NCBI RefSeq assembly: GCF_009914755.1 | Contig: NC_060926.1 | DNA: 64,000 nt | Origin: the human T2T-CHM13v2.0 reference genome, Homo sapiens | Direction: 5' to 3' (one strand) | Shown: positions 59,201 through 64,000 of the stretch, piece after piece | How the letters are laid out: each line of letters begins with the position of its first letter | Numbering within the stretch: the first letter of the stretch is position 1 | Made by a program: the position numbers and the translations under genes | Notes under the pieces: generated by a model | Told to the model about the DNA's origin: nothing | What the model saw: only the letters and a program-made list of their open reading frames with translations | Databases searched by the model: none

Positions 59201-60441
59201 ACCAACCAATAAAAGCTCAGGACTAGACGGATTCACAGTCAAATTCTACCAGAGGTACAACGAGGAGGTGGTACCATTCTTTCTGAAACTATTCCAAACA
59301 ATAGAAAAAGAGGGACTCCTCTCTAACTCATTTTATGAGGCTAGCCGCATCCTGATGCCATAACCTGGCAGAGACACAACAAAAAAAGAAAATTTCAGGC
59401 CGGTATCCCTGATGAACATCGATGCAAGAATCCTCAATAAAATACTGGCAAACTGGTTCCAGCAGCACATCAAAAAGCTCATGTACCACAATCAAGTTGG
59501 CTTCATCCCTGGGATGCAAGGCTGGATTCAACATATGCAAATCAATAAACACAATCCATCACATAAACAGAACCCATGACAAAAACCACATGATTATCTC
59601 AATAGATGCAGAAAAGGCCTTTGATAAAATTCAACACCTCTTCATGCTAAAAACTCTCAATAAACTACTTATTGATGGAACGTATCTCAAAATAATAAGA
59701 GCTATTTATGACAAACCCACAGCCAATATCATACTGAATGGGCAAAAGCTGGAAGCATTCCCTTTGAAAAGCGACACAAGACAAGGATGCCCTCTCTCAC
59801 CACTCCTATTCAACACAGTATTGGAAGTTCTGGCCAGGGCAATCAGGCAAGAGAAATAAATAAAGGTATTCAAATAAGAAGAGAGGAAGTCAAATTGTCT
59901 CTGCAGATGACATGATTGTATATTTAGAAAATCCCGTTGTCTCAGCCCAAAATCTCCTTATGCTGATAAGCACCTTCAGCAAAGTCTTAGGATACAAAGT
60001 CAATGTGCAAAAACCACAAGCATTCCTATACACCAATAATAGACAAAGAGCCAAATCATGAGTGATCTCTCATTCACAATTGCTATAAAAAGAATAAAAT
60101 ACCTACAAATACAACTTCACAGGGTCCTTCACAGGGATGCGAAGGACCTCTTCAAGGAGAACTACAAATCACTGCTGAAGGAAATAAGAGAGGACGCAAA
60201 CAAATAGAAAAATATTCCATGCTCATGGATAGGAAGAATCAGTGTTGTGAAAATGGCCATACTGCCCAAAGTAATTAATAGATTTAATGCTATCCCCATC
60301 AAGCTACCATTGACTTTCTTCACAGAATTACAAAAAACTACTTTAAATTTCATACATAACCAAAAAATAGCTCATATAGCCAAGATAATCCTAAGCAAAA
60401 AGAACAAAGTTGGAGGCATCACGCTACCTGACTTCAAACTA
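56206..60441 (+). mobile_element. L1PA7/8-like remainder: distal 5'UTR, ORF1 and ORF2 past RT; 3'-truncated
   Basis: ORF1 from 56729, ORF2 MTGSNSHIIILTLNVNG at 57815; ends at [10 protein letters not shown] with no 3'UTR or poly(A). Confidence 0.93.
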
Positions 60442-62199
60442 CCTTTAGGATATTGTCTAGCATATTTTTCTCATTTCTAGTTCATTAATATTGATATATG
60501 TCTTTATTATTATCCTTCTTTAGGCTTTATTTTGCACACTTATTTCTGAAATTAAATCCATTGCTTTTTTTCTCATTCAAAAGACAATGCATAATTTAAC
60601 TTTATGTATATACTGTTAAATACAGCTTGAAAATATACCATAGATTTTCATACATGTGTTTCCTATCTTACTAGTTCATTGGTAATTCGTAACTTATGTG
60701 TGTATATTGACCTGACAATTACATAAGGCATTTCTTAAATTAAAAGGTACTTTGTTTTCCTTCTTAAAATTTGCATATGTTATTAATGAAAATAAGCCTT
60801 TTTGAATTAACTTTTATAATGATATATTAATTTGTCACTTGTAATTTCTTGTATGTATGTAAATATAAATAATAAAAATATATGCATTATATTTATATGA
60901 AATGATTAATGTAATAAATACTATTAGGTGTATCTGTTGGTCTAACTTTAATTTTTTGTTATTAAACTTCATACATCACTATGATTTAAATATTATTTTT
61001 ATGAATATCAAAGGATTGGACATCAACTTTTAGCCCAAACTTAAAAGTGTTGTTATTTGGAAGTGATTTTAGTTTATTTCCAATTATAGGGGATCGCATC
61101 ACATTTTATATTTGGATTTCTTTTTTTTTTTTGCTTATTACAATTTCTTTTTATTTTTTGTGCTGACTGCTTACCTTTTTATTTCCCTAAATATTTGGTA
61201 TTTATACTTTACAACTTTTTAAATAATTGTGTTTACTCAGAAGTTTTTGACAAATTACTTTGAACAAGTTTTACCTTATTATTTCTGTAAAAACAGAAAG
61301 TATATGTTAGTTCGCTCACAGTATGAAATGGAAAATATATCATGCATCTTTCTCAAAAATCTTACATTATGGTTTAATTTTCTATAATCTAGGATTTAAG
61401 AATCAAGTTTTGATAAATAGGCATTGACATAACATTTGGGTTTCTTTTAAAAAGTGAATATTTATAATATGTGTGTATAATCCTTATAATGTTAATAATC
61501 ATTTATATATATATTTATATATCTATGTGTATATGTATGCATGTATGTTTCCCATACAGTTGCCTGCAGAGTATTGGTCTGCTTTAATTTTTAAATTAAA
61601 ATTGAGTATTTTCTTCTAGAAATTAATTATATATGATTAAATACAAAGTTATAATGTTTTATATGTTGATATTATATTTCAATATGTGATAAAATTATTA
61701 TTGCATGTATAATGTTAACAAGTATTTTAATATGTTTTATAGATAATTATCTGTATTTTTCCTATCACCATATTACAGAGAATTATCCATGTCCATATTT
61801 CTAATTAGTTATTAGGATTGCTAAAAGTATACTTCAAGTACAGAATGGATATAGCATATTTAATTTCATCAAGATCTATTAGTAGATATAAAGGGTTTTA
61901 ACAAAATTTAAATAATTTTTTGATGGATATTCTTATGTAGCCCACCTACATAGTTGCAAGTTACTCTGGATGATGGAGTAGAACTAATGTGTTGCAGCAT
62001 GTATATATTTTTAGGTTTATGGGGCTGCCAAATGAACTTTTGATATAGCATTGCTCTTTAATGCTTCTACCAGCATCGTGTCTGAATACCTATATCTTCA
62101 CATCTTGGGCGATTCAATAACATTATTCTTTTTAAAAATGTGTGTACTTTAATGAAATATAAATTTTAAAAAGGGAATGATTATCAATTAGTTACCAAT

Positions 62200-63100
62200 C
62201 TGGAGGAGCTCTTTAAAAAACTGTTGGTTGTTTTAAATTCTCTCCAAGCGAAAATGTTCCATAAATTTTCTCACACAGAACATGTCTGTATACCCAGTAA
62301 CCAGATCAAGAAAGGGAACATGACCAGCACCTCAGAAAACCCTTTCATGCTCCCAGTTCTTTAACCACTCCCAGTAAGGGTAACTAACTACTATCCAAAT
62401 TCCTAAAGGTGTAAGTTAGTATAGTCTATTTTTTGTACTTTACATAAACAGAATTGTGGAATATAAACTCCTCCATTTTGCTTATTTGGTTCAACCTTGT
62501 ATGTTTGAAATAATCCACACTGTTCTGTGAAGTAGTTAGTTCATTCTCATAGCTATATATAGCATTCTGTTGTGTGACTATCTCACAATATGTTTACCTA
62601 TTATATGTTCATTGGTGTTTAATAGTTTCCATATTGTGTGATTATAACACAGTATGTTTACCTGTTCTTTGTTGGTGGGTGTTTGAATAGTTTCCAGTTT
62701 GAGGCTGTTAGGAGTAGTTATGCAACGATTATTCTTTTTTATTTTTGGTGAATATATGTACACATTTCTGTTGAAAATATACCTGTGAGTACAGTTACTG
62801 TGTCATTAGATATATTTAGTTGTAGTAAATATTATAAACACTTTTCCAAAGTAGTTTTACAAATTTAACATCCAAATAATTTCTTTACAAGGCTGCCAGT
62901 ATTTGGTATTTTCTCTTTTTTATCTGACACATTATTCTGGATATATAATGATATCTAATAATTTTAATTTGTTTTTTCATGATCAGTGATAAACTTTCAC
63001 ATGTTTATTGACCATTTGGATAATTTTAGCTCATTTTTGCTATTGAGTTGTCTTTTAAAAAATGTCAATTTATAGTTTTTATTAAGAAGGTCTTTTATAT
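62200..63100 (-). mobile_element. Old L1MC/MD 3' region
   Basis: CCAGATCAAGAAAGGGAACATGACCAGCACCTCAGAA motif. Confidence 0.65.
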
Positions 63101-63659
63101 GCCACGTATCTTCTCATACTCCAATGATTTTTTTATATTTTACATGATCTCTTTCTCTCTAGATAGCTGAAAATTATTCTCATTTTAATTTGCATTTTTT
63201 AGCTACTACCTAGGATAAACATTTTTATGTTTATTGGCTATTTTATTTTTCTCTCCAGTGAAATGTCTTGTACTATTTGCATAATGTTCTTAGGCCGTTT
63301 CTCTTTTTCTTATTTATTTTCAGTAATTTAAAAATTGGGCCTGGATATTAGGTTTATTTTTTTCAGTTTCAAACATTTCCCAGTCCATGCTTATCATTTA
63401 ACATATTTAAATTCCTTCATAGCTAACGTATAAAGTCCTAACTTTATGGTGTTTGCAGTTTGAATATTGGTTAACATGGCCTTAAATGTCTTTCTCAATA
63501 ACATAAACATTTTATTTTTGTACAAAAAATTGGTTACTCATATTTATTTACTTTTTGATTTATAAGATTGTCTAGAATTTGCTGTTATGAAGGTATTTGA
63601 ATAATTTTTCTGTAAATATTATTATTTTTCTCTTTTAATTAAATGTAGTGATTTACATG

Positions 63660-64000
63660 GGTTACATTTAGATAGTACAGGAAGAGATGTATTATAACAG
63701 ATTGTCTCCCACATTTATGGAGCCAGAGAAACCTCATGATCTGCTCCCTATAAGTGATAGGGCCAGAAAAGCTGGTGGTATAGTTCCAGCTTCAAAGTCT
63801 GAAGGCCTGAGAATAGGGTGTTGGAGCATAGGAAAAAGTGAGGCCAATTGTGTAATTCTTTGATTTCTAGTCCTAGACCAAAGGGCTGAGAATTAAAAAA
63901 CTAATGTCTAAGGGTAGAAGATGGATGTCCTATTCTAAAGTGAATCTCTTCTAGAAATACCCTCATAGACACAGCTATCTGAGGATATGTTAGCCTATTC
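63660..64000 (-). mobile_element. MLT2 (ERVL) LTR, runs off the window
   Basis: CATGATCTGCT...AAAGCTGGTGGTATAGTTC...GTCTGAAGGCCTGAGAA...CCCTCATAGACAC. Confidence 0.75.

Overview
AT-rich primate genomic DNA, almost certainly human because it contains an AluYa5 carrying the Ya5 diagnostic bases. Most of the window is interspersed repeat: LINE-1 of many ages (L1M/L1MA/L1PB/L1PA), eight Alu/FLAM elements, MaLR/ERV LTRs, MIRs and DNA-transposon relics. The long ORFs in the track are decayed L1 ORF1/ORF2 or antisense/Alu artefacts, and no intact, recognisable protein-coding gene or RNA gene is present. Points worth following up: (1) a near-full-length L1PA7/8-like element (55410-60441) with its first ~800 bp inverted, no 3' end or poly(A), and apparently contiguous flanks, suggesting internal priming at both ends; (2) a young 5'-inverted L1PA2-like element (15063-19708) with no TSD and missing flanking DNA; (3) three phase-compatible + strand exon candidates in unique DNA (20736-20814, 32116-32262, 37305-37367), the first with a recursive-splice-like AG|GT motif and the second bracketed by inverted Alus including the AluYa5. 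Repeat subfamily calls come from recalled consensus sequences, and boundaries of old repeats are approximate. I found no convincing new biological system beyond these candidates.
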